A stretch of DNA of 64,000 nucleotides from positions 14,155 to 78,154 of the IMG/VR virus record IMGVR_UViG_3300046373_000136. One strand, given 5' to 3'. The notes below the pieces were generated by a model. The model did no database searches and had not been told where the DNA came from. It saw only the letters and a program-made list of their open reading frames with translations. The translations under genes were made by a program, and so were the position numbers. Positions 28,501-38,564 of the stretch are shown here, one piece after another. Source of the DNA: a virus. How positions within the stretch are numbered: the first letter of the stretch is position 1; every line of letters begins with the position of its first letter.

Positions 28501-31500
28501 GCGTGCCAGATAATCCGACTGGTTCCCGTTGTCCTTGGTAGGCGTGAACAGGAAGTCATGCTGATCCTGTGGCAGCTTGCCTTGCAACAGCGTCTTGGCT
28601 TCGGTGTACAGCTTGCCCAGTTGCGCATATGCGCTCTTGGCCGCTGCATCGTGGCTGTCGAGTGCGGTCTTGATCGTCACTTCCACCTGTTCCAGTGCGA
28701 ACGCCAACTGGCTCGATACCCGGAACGGCGAAGCAATCGTAGCCGAGGCAAACGGTACGGCACCCTCTGCTTCAGCGGTGATGAACGCATCCAGTGGTGT
28801 CCCGGCCTGACTGTTCATGATCGCTTGACGCAGCGAGCCGAACTTGCCATGCAACTTCTCCACGATCCCGGTTAGCAGACCGGTGATCCGGCTCTTGTCG
28901 GCATCCGACAGGCGACCATCTTCCAGCGCATTGAAGACATCCTGCGTGCTGTATTCGGTGATGCGCTGTACTGCCATCGACAACACCGTGGCAACCTGGG
29001 ACTGTGGTCCCTGTTTCTGCTCCGCTGCATGCTTGAACAAGCCGGAAGCATTGGCAATGAGCATGCCCAGACCGTTGGTCTGCATGTCCGTTGGCGACTT
29101 GAACAGATATTTGCTGATCGTGTTGATGAACTTCTGCATGCCAGCCACCAGACGATTCTTCGTCGTGCGGCTCTCGTCCAGTTGTATCTTGCTCAGCACT
29201 TCCGTTTGGAAGTCCCGGTTGGTCAAGCCCCATGCCAGCAGCTCGTTGACTTCGGTGACGGCACCGTCGAACTTTGTCAATCCCTTGTCTTCAACATAAC
29301 CCCGTGCCACGGACAGGATTTCTTCCAGTTCCGAGACCAGTGCCTTGGCATCCCCGGTTGGATTGATCACAGCCCGTGCCAGCACACTGTGGATCAGCTC
29401 ATGGATGACCAGTTCAGGCGTCAGGCCCGAGTCCACGAAGTCGGGTGACAGTAGGTTGACTTCCTGCTTGCTGCCCTTGGCCACATACCAGCCACGGCTG
29501 GCTTCAGTAGGCATGGCCAGCACATCCCCTGCCTTGGTCTCCGGCGTGATGTAACGCACCGTCAGATCGGCCGGGGCCAGTTTGTACAGCACTCGCAGCA
29601 TGTCGGCTTGCAGCTTGCTGCTCCACCCGCCATCCTTGCGCAACATCCCGACCAGTTGCTTGATCAAGTCCTTGACCTGGGGATTCGGATTCGCTTGCAG
29701 ATAGGAAACTAATTCTGCATTCGATTCGACCACCGGGGAACCAAGCTGACCAAAGGGGGTGAATACCCCTTGGTTCAAGCTGTCAGCAGCCTGCACAAGC
29801 GATTCCACTACCGCATCCTTGTCAGCACCTTCAGGCATGGCGTTAATCGCTTCTGCGACGTTCTGGCCAGCCTCAACGGCCTTCTGCAAGTCCCGTGCTT
29901 CCTTGGTGTCGAGTTCCGCAGCGACCTGGCCCACTGCCCATGCAGCGGTTGCCGGTGTGGTCTGCGTCTGTTCGGCGGTGATGACCGGTGCTACTTGCTT
30001 CGCGGTGGCGGGTTGTACCCCCTTGACGAACAGTTTGCCCAGCGCATCAGCACTTGCTTCCATCGCTTCGGTGAGTGGTGCACCTTCGGCTTCGAGTTCA
30101 GCCAGCAGCTTCCGGGCTTCGGCCCGGTCTGCTTCGGTGACATCGTACTGCCCGTCTTCCCAGGTGTACTGGTCAATGGCGGTCATCTCTGCCATGGCTT
30201 CGAGCCGCACCTTGTTGGCCTTGAATTGCTGACCACGCAGACGCGACAGGATATGTACCGGCAGATCAGCCGGCGCTACTTCTTCATCCTGGTACAACAG
30301 GGCTTCGAACGATGCCTGAATCTGCTTGAGCACAGCCGGGGAGACATCCCCATCCTCTGCCATTTGCAGCACATTCGTCACCGAGCGTTCGAGCATCTGG
30401 AACGCTTCCGTTGCTGGGGAGAAAGTCAGCAGGGTTTTCCAGGTGGCACCATTAATCGCCTTGGCAGTTTCCCGCACCTTGTCGGCACCATTGCCAATCT
30501 CGTCATGCACGTTCATCGCTTCGATGAATTGAGCCAATGCCCGATGCATGATGGCCGAGTCAGACGAGTGCATGAAGTACGGCAGTCCAGCCGCACCGGG
30601 ACCGACTTCACGTCGTTCCATGGAGCTGGCCTTCATCGCTGTGACTGGCTTGCCTTCGGCATTAAGCACTGGTGTAGCGAACTGGGTCTTGGCATATCCA
30701 TACGGCTGTGTGCTACGACCATTGCTGGTCTTGGCCATATACAGACCGGCATTCAGATCCCCTTCGGCTTGGCTGTAGGCGGTATGTGCTTGTGGCAACA
30801 CGTGCGCTACCTTGGCATCCAGCGCCGCTTTCTGTGTGGCGTTCATGCCATGCACCGGGACACGATCAGTCGTACCGTCCTTGCGCTTAACATCACGGTA
30901 ATCGATTTCACCGGCTTCCATCAGCCGGGTCATTTCCTTGGCTTCCAGATCACGATACAGCGCATCGTAGATTTCAAAGGAAGTCTGGATTGCCTTGTTC
31001 ACTGCCGAACGCCGGGACGAGAACACTTTGAAGTAGTTGTTCATGGTCTCCGTGACCGCTGCACCCATGGTGTTATCAAAGGCATCGTTCATGCTGTCCA
31101 GACGTGCCTTGTTCTCCTTGGCATCCAGGTCCAGCACCATCAGTTGTTCGATGGTCGTGTCTGCACTGAAGGCGTTCTTCCTGCCTACCAGTTGGTTGAG
31201 ACTGTCGATCAACTGACCACGGCTTGTACTCTTGTCCGAACCATCAGCAACCGCTTCAATCTTGTCGTAGACCGACTGGATGAAGGCTTCCCGCATGGAC
31301 AGGACAGATTTCTCCACGGCTGAGCCAAAGGTAAAAGCAGTCAGCGGTGTCTTGACAATCTTTCGGCCTGCACTGGTGACCTTGTTACCACTCATCAGTT
31401 CCTTGGTGAAGGTCTGGATTGCCGTCATGGTGGCCGAGTTCGGCAAGCCTTTGAGCACATGACTGGCCAGGTCTTCGTACAGGTCCAGGCTGGCATCGTT

Positions 31501-34500
31501 TTCGTACCAGAGGTTGTAATTCTTCACACCGTCTTCGGCACGATACATCCCACCCCGATTCAAGCGTGAGAACAGGGCTTTGATCGAGCCGGCCGCACCG
31601 AGTGCCAACTGGGACAGGATCGGGCCATTGGTCTTACCGTCCACACCGACGAGCATATGTGACTCGAACGTGGCATCGCCCTTGTCCTTGGCATGCAAGT
31701 AGGTGCCGTAAGCAACGAGTGCTTGCAAGGTCTGCATCCCTTCGTTACCTGCGGCCAAGTCGGCTATCGCCTCCTTGTCCTGGGTACTCAGGGATGCCGT
31801 TTCGGGAGAAAGGGTGGCGTCATATAGCTTGGTTGCCAGCGCATCGATTCCCTTGGCCTGGACCTTCTTGTTGAAGATGTCCATGCTCTTGCTGTTGCGT
31901 TGCTGGTCCACCTTCACGCCCATGGCTTGAGCCACACCGATCAGGAATTGTTCCGCATCAGCGGTCTTGATGGTGGCCTTCCACTCCGGACGATAGATCA
32001 TGAACCGGTGAATCTTCGAGGTCTGTGGGTTCAGATCACGGGTGCTGATACCAACACGGAAGTTACGCCACACTTCGTAGTTCAGGAAGAATGGTTGTTC
32101 CAGCTTCTCTGTACTGTTGGTCAGCGCATTCGTGATCAGTCCCTTCAGGCTGAGCAACTGGTTTTCCAGGTTCAGGTTTTGGGCTTCGACGCTATCCCGA
32201 TTCTTCGCATGAATCTTGTCGTCATTGGCTTCCTTCCAGCCGGCCGCTTTCAGGATCACGTCATCCCCGAGCACGCTCAAGGCATGCCACATGGATGGAA
32301 TGATCCGGTGCGGTACCTTCTGGGCTTTCTTCAGGGTGGCAGTCTGTTCCTTGCTCACCTGTTGACCGGTGCGCTTGGCGAACTCCTGCTTGAACGGGAT
32401 CGGTGTCCAGCTCGCTTCGGTGGGTGTCTTCTCGCTGTCGAACAGCTTGTCCACCACGCCTTGCGTGTCGGCGTTGGCATCACGGATGGCACGGCTGTCA
32501 TTCGGCAGTTCCTTGCCGTCACGGACCAAGCTCACATAGGTGATCGACTTGTTGGCTTCCATGCTGAATTCCGGCATAAAGTTGGTCAGCACATTGCCCT
32601 TGAAGGTCTCGGTCTTGACCAGTTCATTCTTGCGCAACACCTGCAAGGCATGGATACCAAACGCTGTTGCCAGTCCTGGCAGGTAGTCAAGCGGGGCATC
32701 CGGCGTAGCCGAGAGGCCCAGCGCCTTGACGATACGGTCACCCAAATCATTAATGACTGCGGTCTCCATTGCCGCCACATTGCGCAAGATGGCTACACCT
32801 GCCTTGGTCATCGTATTGGCTTCACCATCCAGACCATGCATCTCCAACAGGTCAGCAGCATCTTTGCTCATCGGTGCATGGATGGTGTCGTTGATCCAGC
32901 TATACGCCCCATAGGCGATAGCCGTCACCACGTTCTCATCCATGGTGCCATCAGCATTGAAGAAGTCCTGAAGCGGGTCTTCATAGACGAACTCAGGGTT
33001 GACCTGATTGCCTTGGCTGTTCTTGATGCTGCCCTTGATCAAGAGCGCCTTGATGTCAGCCGACCACTTGGTTGCGAACTTCTGGAAGGTCGTGATCGCC
33101 GTGCGCTGCTCATCGGTCAGCCCACCGGGAAACAGGCTGTCTGGTTCCACGGTTCCGTCATTCATCAGGGTGAGCAGGTTGTTGACTGCGACCAGGGGTT
33201 TATCCCGGCCGATGTCTTCATCCTTTTCCACCTTGGCACCCTTCTGTTTGAGAAATGTTGCTGCCCTATTAATTTTTCGGTACACGGCTCCACGCTCGCC
33301 TGGCGGCAGCGTGTTCGCCTTGTCCTGGCCTTGTTGTAATACCGTCAACCCTGGCTTGGACTGAGAGTCACTTTCAGTGGAATTCTTAGTCGATAAGGGT
33401 GCCTCCGGCACCATTGGCGAGATGGATGCGGTAGACTCCGTTCCCTCAGTAGAATGCAGTGGATTTTTAGTCTTCTCAGTTTCCTGAGTTGACTTTAGTG
33501 GATTCTCAGTAGAGCTGCCGGAGGCAGCCTGAGTTAACTGAGTAGTCACAGCCGGCTGTGCAGCGGTGGACACTGCACTTGGTGAAACACCTACCGGACT
33601 TGGCGAGACTGCAACCGGTTGTGCAGGTACCGTAGGTGCTGCTTGACCAGACGTTGCAGATGCCGGAGCCGGTTGAACCGCTCCAACAGATGAGTTTCCG
33701 CTAGATACTGCTTGTGCCGATGGTAGGTTCTGGACATTCTTGGCTCCATTGAAACGCAAGTCGATAGCCGCAGCCAACTCTGCCTTGGTTGCAGCAATGG
33801 CATCAGCTTCTTTCTGGATCGAGCTGACCAGTTTTTGTGACGCGGCATTGACCGTTACCGCACCATTGATCTTTGCTTCCTTGCCTTCGAGGAAATTCGA
33901 GTAGCGAATTTCCCATTGCTTAGTGGCATCATTCTTCACCACCTGCACCGGTTTGCCCGTGTCTTGATAATCCTGGAAGGCTTCAGCCGTTAGGGTTGCC
34001 TTCTGGCTATGTGAAGTTTCGAAGTTGGTCAGCAGATCGAGACTGGCATTGGCCTTCTTGATTGAGCCAGCACCAATCGCACTAGCTACCTGTTCCCGAT
34101 ACTGGGTCAGGCCCAGGTTGGTCTTGGAACCGTCCACGATTTCCTTGGACACATCACCCAGACCGCGCAGCTCGTTTTCTGCTACTCGCGTTGCTGCGAA
34201 CTTGCGCAGGTAATCCTTCTGCGTTTCCGTGGTGGCAGGACTGTTGATCAGGGTATTGGCATCGTCTTCCGTGACACGCTTTGGCGACACCATGGAGAGA
34301 TTGATGATGTTCTCCGCTGCTTGGGCCGCTTCCGGTGCGACGGAGGCTTCGCCACCGTCTTCCGGCGCTGCCTTAGCTTCGAGTTTGGCGAGCTGGTCTT
34401 GCACATCCATGGCGGTGAAGTAGTCGGTCTGGAACCGGTCCATCACACGTTGGGCCTTCTCCACGGACTTCTTGGTACCGGACAGTTCCTTTGCCATGGC

Positions 34501-36048
34501 CTTTGCTTCCGGCGTGGTTTTGTCTTCCAGTGCGTCATACGCATCGGACTTGGCCACATAGTCACCGTTGAACTTGGCCATGATGTCGAACGCTTCCCGG
34601 ATGTTCTTTTCCTGCACATCCGGTGTGCCATTCTCACGGGAATGCGTCATGAGTGCCTGGACGGCCTTATCCGGGGCGTAGGCAGGCGATTGCGGGTCAG
34701 TCAAGGCCGATACATCACCTGTCTCTTTCGCCGCCGTGTAGGTCTCCTGAACAGCTTGTGGCACGGGAGCCGGAGCGTCAGCGGCAGGCGACGTGCCAGG
34801 TACATGGCTAGGACTGGCCAGATGTACACCGGCTGAGAGTCCACCACCGGCTACCGCACCCAGCGTACCGCCGACATAGTTTTCTTCACCGGAGTAGGGC
34901 TTGCCCTCGATGTTGCGCTCCATGCCGGTCTGGTAGAACTCGGTACCGAATTCACCGACTGCACCTTCACCCACGGCAGCACCAGCACGACCAATCGCGG
35001 TCTTCTCAACAGCACCGGCTACCTTACCCGAGCCAGGAATCACCTTGGCACCGAGCATGAACTTGTCACCCAGTGTTTCAGCCACAGCCAGGGAACCTGC
35101 TTTTGCTGCCATGGTAGCCAGCTCATCCCCGGAAGGAATCTGACCGTTATGGGTCTTCTGGTATTCCTGTACGCCCTTGCTATAGGCTTCCATGGCATAT
35201 GCCACGTTGGTTGTCGTCATCGCACCACCGGACAGTGCAGCAGCAGCCAGTTGTGGGGTATTGGATACCACCAACTCCATTGCCGCAGTCGGGTTCTTCC
35301 AGGCAGCTTCGCCCACCGTACCGATGAGACCAGCGATCCCTGAAGCTACATCCATGGCACCGGTTGCACCACCTTTATCCCAGCCAGAGGTGATCTTGGC
35401 CATGCCATCTTTATAGCCGGCCTTGGCCGTATTCGTGATGTCGGTCTGGTTACCCTTGTGAACGATGGACGAGATGTCCGTCTGTGAACGCAGGTCTTCC
35501 CCGAACTTCAAAGCTTCATCAACCTTGGCCATGCGTTCCATGTTGGTCTGCAAGCGGCCGGTCTTGCGTGCTTCAGCCCGAGCCACTGCCTGATATTTGG
35601 ACAGGGGCCGGTTTTCCGAGATGTCACCATCTGGCAGACTGAGCAGCTTCATGTCCTCATCAGTCTGCGAGCCGTTCTTGTAACGAGCATGGGCCAGTTT
35701 CACTTCTTCTGGCACACCCTGCATTTCGGCTGCTGCCTTCAATGTCGGTACCATGTTGATGATCTGTGTACCCACCTTGGCTGTTCCATCGGCCAGTGTT
35801 GCTGCCATGTTCACCGCTTCACCGGGAATCCCATCGGGATTCAGGCCCAGCTTGCTAGTCCAGGAATCCTTATTGGCCAGGTCTTCTGCCTGCTGTGCTA
35901 CCTGATTGCCTGACGTACCATCCACCACGGATTGTAGATCAGCAACTTTCTTGTTGGCAGCACGGCCCAGATCACCGAGCTTGTCGCCTTCAGTAATGCT
36001 GCTGCCGTATTTATTGGTCAGGTAAGCGTCAAGGTTGAATTCAGACAT
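25600..36048 (-). CDS. Virion-encapsidated RNA polymerase (N4 gp50-like vRNAP)
   Basis: 3482 aa, no Cys seen; NPQTSK.HR, VDGKTNGP, RKIVKTPL, NVHDE polymerase motifs. Confidence 0.95.
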   Translation of the reverse strand: MSEFNLDAYLTNKYGSSITEGDKLGDLGRAANKKVADLQSVVDGTSGNQVAQQAEDLANKDSWTSKLGLNPDGIPGEAVNMAATLADGTAKVGTQIINMVPTLKAAAEMQGVPEEVKLAHARYKNGSQTDEDMKLLSLPDGDISENRPLSKYQAVARAEARKTGRLQTNMERMAKVDEALKFGEDLRSQTDISSIVHKGNQTDITNTAKAGYKDGMAKITSGWDKGGATGAMDVASGIAGLIGTVGEAAWKNPTAAMELVVSNTPQLAAAALSGGAMTTTNVAYAMEAYSKGVQEYQKTHNGQIPSGDELATMAAKAGSLAVAETLGDKFMLGAKVIPGSGKVAGAVEKTAIGRAGAAVGEGAVGEFGTEFYQTGMERNIEGKPYSGEENYVGGTLGAVAGGGLSAGVHLASPSHVPGTSPAADAPAPVPQAVQETYTAAKETGDVSALTDPQSPAYAPDKAVQALMTHSRENGTPDVQEKNIREAFDIMAKFNGDYVAKSDAYDALEDKTTPEAKAMAKELSGTKKSVEKAQRVMDRFQTDYFTAMDVQDQLAKLEAKAAPEDGGEASVAPEAAQAAENIINLSMVSPKRVTEDDANTLINSPATTETQKDYLRKFAATRVAENELRGLGDVSKEIVDGSKTNLGLTQYREQVASAIGAGSIKKANASLDLLTNFETSHSQKATLTAEAFQDYQDTGKPVQVVKNDATKQWEIRYSNFLEGKEAKINGAVTVNAASQKLVSSIQKEADAIAATKAELAAAIDLRFNGAKNVQNLPSAQAVSSGNSSVGAVQPAPASATSGQAAPTVPAQPVAVSPSPVGVSPSAVSTAAQPAVTTQLTQAASGSSTENPLKSTQETEKTKNPLHSTEGTESTASISPMVPEAPLSTKNSTESDSQSKPGLTVLQQGQDKANTLPPGERGAVYRKINRAATFLKQKGAKVEKDEDIGRDKPLVAVNNLLTLMNDGTVEPDSLFPGGLTDEQRTAITTFQKFATKWSADIKALLIKGSIKNSQGNQVNPEFVYEDPLQDFFNADGTMDENVVTAIAYGAYSWINDTIHAPMSKDAADLLEMHGLDGEANTMTKAGVAILRNVAAMETAVINDLGDRIVKALGLSATPDAPLDYLPGLATAFGIHALQVLRKNELVKTETFKGNVLTNFMPEFSMEANKSITYVSLVRDGKELPNDSRAIRDANADTQGVVDKLFDSEKTPTEASWTPIPFKQEFAKRTGQQVSKEQTATLKKAQKVPHRIIPSMWHALSVLGDDVILKAAGWKEANDDKIHAKNRDSVEAQNLNLENQLLSLKGLITNALTNSTEKLEQPFFLNYEVWRNFRVGISTRDLNPQTSKIHRFMIYRPEWKATIKTADAEQFLIGVAQAMGVKVDQQRNSKSMDIFNKKVQAKGIDALATKLYDATLSPETASLSTQDKEAIADLAAGNEGMQTLQALVAYGTYLHAKDKGDATFESHMLVGVDGKTNGPILSQLALGAAGSIKALFSRLNRGGMYRAEDGVKNYNLWYENDASLDLYEDLASHVLKGLPNSATMTAIQTFTKELMSGNKVTSAGRKIVKTPLTAFTFGSAVEKSVLSMREAFIQSVYDKIEAVADGSDKSTSRGQLIDSLNQLVGRKNAFSADTTIEQLMVLDLDAKENKARLDSMNDAFDNTMGAAVTETMNNYFKVFSSRRSAVNKAIQTSFEIYDALYRDLEAKEMTRLMEAGEIDYRDVKRKDGTTDRVPVHGMNATQKAALDAKVAHVLPQAHTAYSQAEGDLNAGLYMAKTSNGRSTQPYGYAKTQFATPVLNAEGKPVTAMKASSMERREVGPGAAGLPYFMHSSDSAIMHRALAQFIEAMNVHDEIGNGADKVRETAKAINGATWKTLLTFSPATEAFQMLERSVTNVLQMAEDGDVSPAVLKQIQASFEALLYQDEEVAPADLPVHILSRLRGQQFKANKVRLEAMAEMTAIDQYTWEDGQYDVTEADRAEARKLLAELEAEGAPLTEAMEASADALGKLFVKGVQPATAKQVAPVITAEQTQTTPATAAWAVGQVAAELDTKEARDLQKAVEAGQNVAEAINAMPEGADKDAVVESLVQAADSLNQGVFTPFGQLGSPVVESNAELVSYLQANPNPQVKDLIKQLVGMLRKDGGWSSKLQADMLRVLYKLAPADLTVRYITPETKAGDVLAMPTEASRGWYVAKGSKQEVNLLSPDFVDSGLTPELVIHELIHSVLARAVINPTGDAKALVSELEEILSVARGYVEDKGLTKFDGAVTEVNELLAWGLTNRDFQTEVLSKIQLDESRTTKNRLVAGMQKFINTISKYLFKSPTDMQTNGLGMLIANASGLFKHAAEQKQGPQSQVATVLSMAVQRITEYSTQDVFNALEDGRLSDADKSRITGLLTGIVEKLHGKFGSLRQAIMNSQAGTPLDAFITAEAEGAVPFASATIASPFRVSSQLAFALEQVEVTIKTALDSHDAAAKSAYAQLGKLYTEAKTLLQGKLPQDQHDFLFTPTKDNGNQSDYLARFAAMALVHPEVNELMKVSTDTGTMASGGSFADKLQRFFEKMLELLTDKITGTYAGQRADAKLEQLVKQLVSIEAKSKQVLARNAVTTAMLEPVEDMAKSLAEKGRAAVSKAAGSKLFTGSKNQFIRTAGVVAKIYADDRVEDFLDGMKTIRNKEFKSSEGVMASLVTEVRGHLVVFQEILREAKIREGERKDIITQGAAAVLAGFKDSEKLTEAQKTGVTRIFMRSGAHHLLDHFDLKQIEAMLADPAVLDKHIGEMEAKLGNYRGLKDAVIEQAQVLGYYKATGYVRGLLHANGHNISRLLGTKYEGNVDHIQAYRSEATINALVTLYSIGYSSDADKAAANSVLSAENGRGTENGVEFMLKLHKHMEAESLEKLFKGNPTLMMHGYTPEVYNPNTDIQVVNNELGDLLVAQGYSKGPRVNPDNLDPNGGVKHIYVQKDGGLSRRVTGAFSLSDTGAKGSRLEIENPNEFSTMAMSAWDRQTKGSSWKLMSNRSDNHAAPIFNEAGRITDWRYLMAESTKDSILERDNRFEHLMGKMAGSVYDKQATPVQNKKAVEVLREEYNKSFADNPDDFIKIGAGSADASLREIWNLLPAQTQADIRKVWGQDAMMVRKDSLNILFGYRKLSMADAFNKEDKGFMDKAMIQLTTQIFGAKAEHRVRQFERRWLAVVSEIKDIVVVKTGTVMIGNIKSNMWLLALSGVPFRQNLNSHLVALRGATAYRKDSEKLARLQLARSADYIKGSVKELDDEITRLEDSIARNPVKELIDAGLMPTIVEDVAAADDIYSYRSKFARDVDEKMDQYLHPVIQRGLKNVYMTHDTKLYQGLSRVTQLSDFVARYALYQHLTTRKKNPLSKKEAIQQASEAFVNYDIPMHPLLQYVDDMGIIPFMKYFLRIQKVLIRLVRENPARVLGTIILDNIWELGETVLDSSALRKVGNNPLTTGAFRYFSTLDQLATVNGAMSVFK

Positions 36049-36140
36049 GTTATTTCCTGTGAGAAGTGTTGCAGCATTCTAATGGATTGATAGCAACAGA
36101 AGTGCAACAGGCCAGTATTTAGCTGGCCTGTTGTGGTGAT

Positions 36141-38564
36141 TTACCGGCTAGTGCCGGGATTCTGTCGCCGGAAGTCTTCCGGGTACTGGGCATTCGGGTC
36201 TTCCCAGATGCCTACCTTTTTCGCCTTGGCACCGGCTTCTGCTTCAGCCAGTTTGGGATCATTCGAGTACCGTCGATACAACCAGGCTGCACCCTTTTCC
36301 AGCATCTTCTGATCCACGCCGACACCTTCGACTTCGATCTGGCAATAGGACCGGGAGTCCTTGCCTTCACTCGATGATGGTGCCCGTGTGACACGCACGG
36401 TGACTTCCTTATTCTCGATCATGTCCTTGAGTATCTTCTTGGACTGTTCACCGAAGTTCTGGCTGGGCTTGCCGTATTGCATGTGCGCCACTTCCGGTGC
36501 ATCGATACTGTCGATCCGGCAGTTCAACTTGTTGCCATCCTTGGTGGTCAGATTGGCGCCATCACCGTCACCGACATAGGTCACCATCGCCCGTTGTCCA
36601 CCCGGCTTGGCTGCTTGAACAGCCGTAACCGGAGGAGACCAATTCACATCCTTGGGAATCTCCACTGGGGAATTCGACTTTGAAGGGGCACTGGAACCAG
36701 AGATACTGACAAAGCTCGTTTCCTTTACCGTGGCAGCGTCATCACCTGGACGAGACAAGGCCGGAGCCACCTGATCCAGTGTGGGATTAACAGTGCCTCG
36801 GCCCCCTTCGACACTGGGGTTGGCCGGCAAGCTGTTACGCCGAGCCATGGACACCATGTTGGCTGCACGGGTACCCGATTGCACATAGTTTGGGTCTTCG
36901 GCATAGCCACCTGCCTTCAGGCCGGAGAAATAAGCCTGGGCATCCTGGGTATTGAGGGCACCGGCATAGCGTCGATTGCCGAGTAGGGTACTGAAGTCAT
37001 TGGCGAAACCATCGGCATCATTGTATTTCCGGTACTTGTCTACCGAGCCGTTCATGTTGTCCTTGGCTGCGACACCATTCCCGTTCTTGGAGAAGTCCTT
37101 GATATTGCCGAAGTTATTGGTGCCAGGGATGACGGACTTACCCCAGCCAGTTTCCAGGCCCCATTGACCGATGACGGCATCCACAGGCACGCCGAGCTGC
37201 TGCGCAACTCGCTCAGCCTGTGGTCCCACCTGTTTCATGAAGGCCGATACCCGTTCTTGCTGGGTACCGGAAATGGGTGCAGTAGGTGTGCCTGAAGGCA
37301 CATTACTTATTTCACTACTTTTTTTTTGAGCCTCCGTTAGCGCCGGTCCTGCGAAACTCGAACTTAATGGAGATAGTCGATCCGTGGTTGCCCGCAGCAC
37401 TGCTTTGACTTCCTCAATTCGCTGCTTGTCCTGGTTCGATGTATTGTCTTGGCCGGTAACGGCTGACTTGTGGCCAAAGCGATTTTGCAGGATGTTGGCG
37501 AAGTCATCACCACGCCGGCTGAAACCGATAGCCAGTGGGTTATCCGTGGATTGTTCCACAGCCTTCAGTGCATCCGTGACGGAGATCGGCATCTTGATGG
37601 GCTTACCATCCTTATCCGTACCCACTTCGATACCACCATCACGGAAGTACTTGTTCAGGTTGTACAGGATGTCGCTCTGCTGCTTCTCATCGATACCCCG
37701 AGCTTTTAGCCCTTTCATCAGGGCTTCTTTACCTGCTTCGGTATCAAGTGTACCCGAAGCCATACCCGAGTTTTCAAGTAGTTGCTTGTAGGCTTCTTTC
37801 TTGCCCAGTTCCAGCTTGTCGTTCTGGGCCTTACGCAGAGCGGCAGCTTTCTCATCAGACTGTGCTTGATAGTGCAGTTTTTCTGCATCAGCACGGGTTT
37901 GTGCCACACCCAGTTGACCACGACTGATATCCACGTTGGCCGCAGAGTTTGCAATCTCGCCTTTGAGTTTATCCACCATCAATGGACGATCTGCTGTTTT
38001 CCAGTCGAACTCAGTATTAATCCGTTGATCCGAAGTGTTCTGACGGGTCAGATCACGCTTGAATGCAGCGATCTCATTGGCCTGTGGCATGGAGGGGAAG
38101 TTAGCCAGGATTTGATCTCCGGCCGCTGTATCACCCCGTAGATAGGCGGCTTTGGCTTGATCAGCCAGTGGTTGATGGGCCACCACATCCTGTTGGACAC
38201 CAAACTGCTGTTCTTTGGTCAAGTTGTCACGCAGGATGCCAGGACGGGCATCTTCCGCAGCGTTGACTGCATTGCGGTCAAACTGGGCACCGAAGCCTGC
38301 CTTCATCTCAGCCAGTGCACCGGACTGTTGCAGAGCTGCCATTTCCTCTGGCGACTTCGCTCCCCGCAGTGCATCCATCAATGCCTGAGTATTGTTGACC
38401 TTCTGGTTCTGCCAGTTGGCATCCTGATTGTCAGTGACCATGCCCAGCGTCTTCTGTAGAGCAGCGAAGCCGGCATTAAGATCGGCACTAGCAAAGCGCA
38501 TGGGTTGGGCAGCTTCAGCCGGCGTAGGGCCGGTGACATTGCGCCAGGTAATTGGCTCAGCCAT
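36141..38564 (-). CDS. Ejection protein (gp51-like) with GH73 glucosaminidase and C-terminal staphylococcal-nuclease domain
   Basis: PITWRNV N-terminus; QWGLETGWG..NNFGNIK..YAEDPNY; DGDG..RIDSIDAPE..G.AW.Y..G.W. Confidence 0.85.
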   Translation of the reverse strand: MAEPITWRNVTGPTPAEAAQPMRFASADLNAGFAALQKTLGMVTDNQDANWQNQKVNNTQALMDALRGAKSPEEMAALQQSGALAEMKAGFGAQFDRNAVNAAEDARPGILRDNLTKEQQFGVQQDVVAHQPLADQAKAAYLRGDTAAGDQILANFPSMPQANEIAAFKRDLTRQNTSDQRINTEFDWKTADRPLMVDKLKGEIANSAANVDISRGQLGVAQTRADAEKLHYQAQSDEKAAALRKAQNDKLELGKKEAYKQLLENSGMASGTLDTEAGKEALMKGLKARGIDEKQQSDILYNLNKYFRDGGIEVGTDKDGKPIKMPISVTDALKAVEQSTDNPLAIGFSRRGDDFANILQNRFGHKSAVTGQDNTSNQDKQRIEEVKAVLRATTDRLSPLSSSFAGPALTEAQKKSSEISNVPSGTPTAPISGTQQERVSAFMKQVGPQAERVAQQLGVPVDAVIGQWGLETGWGKSVIPGTNNFGNIKDFSKNGNGVAAKDNMNGSVDKYRKYNDADGFANDFSTLLGNRRYAGALNTQDAQAYFSGLKAGGYAEDPNYVQSGTRAANMVSMARRNSLPANPSVEGGRGTVNPTLDQVAPALSRPGDDAATVKETSFVSISGSSAPSKSNSPVEIPKDVNWSPPVTAVQAAKPGGQRAMVTYVGDGDGANLTTKDGNKLNCRIDSIDAPEVAHMQYGKPSQNFGEQSKKILKDMIENKEVTVRVTRAPSSSEGKDSRSYCQIEVEGVGVDQKMLEKGAAWLYRRYSNDPKLAEAEAGAKAKKVGIWEDPNAQYPEDFRRQNPGTSR

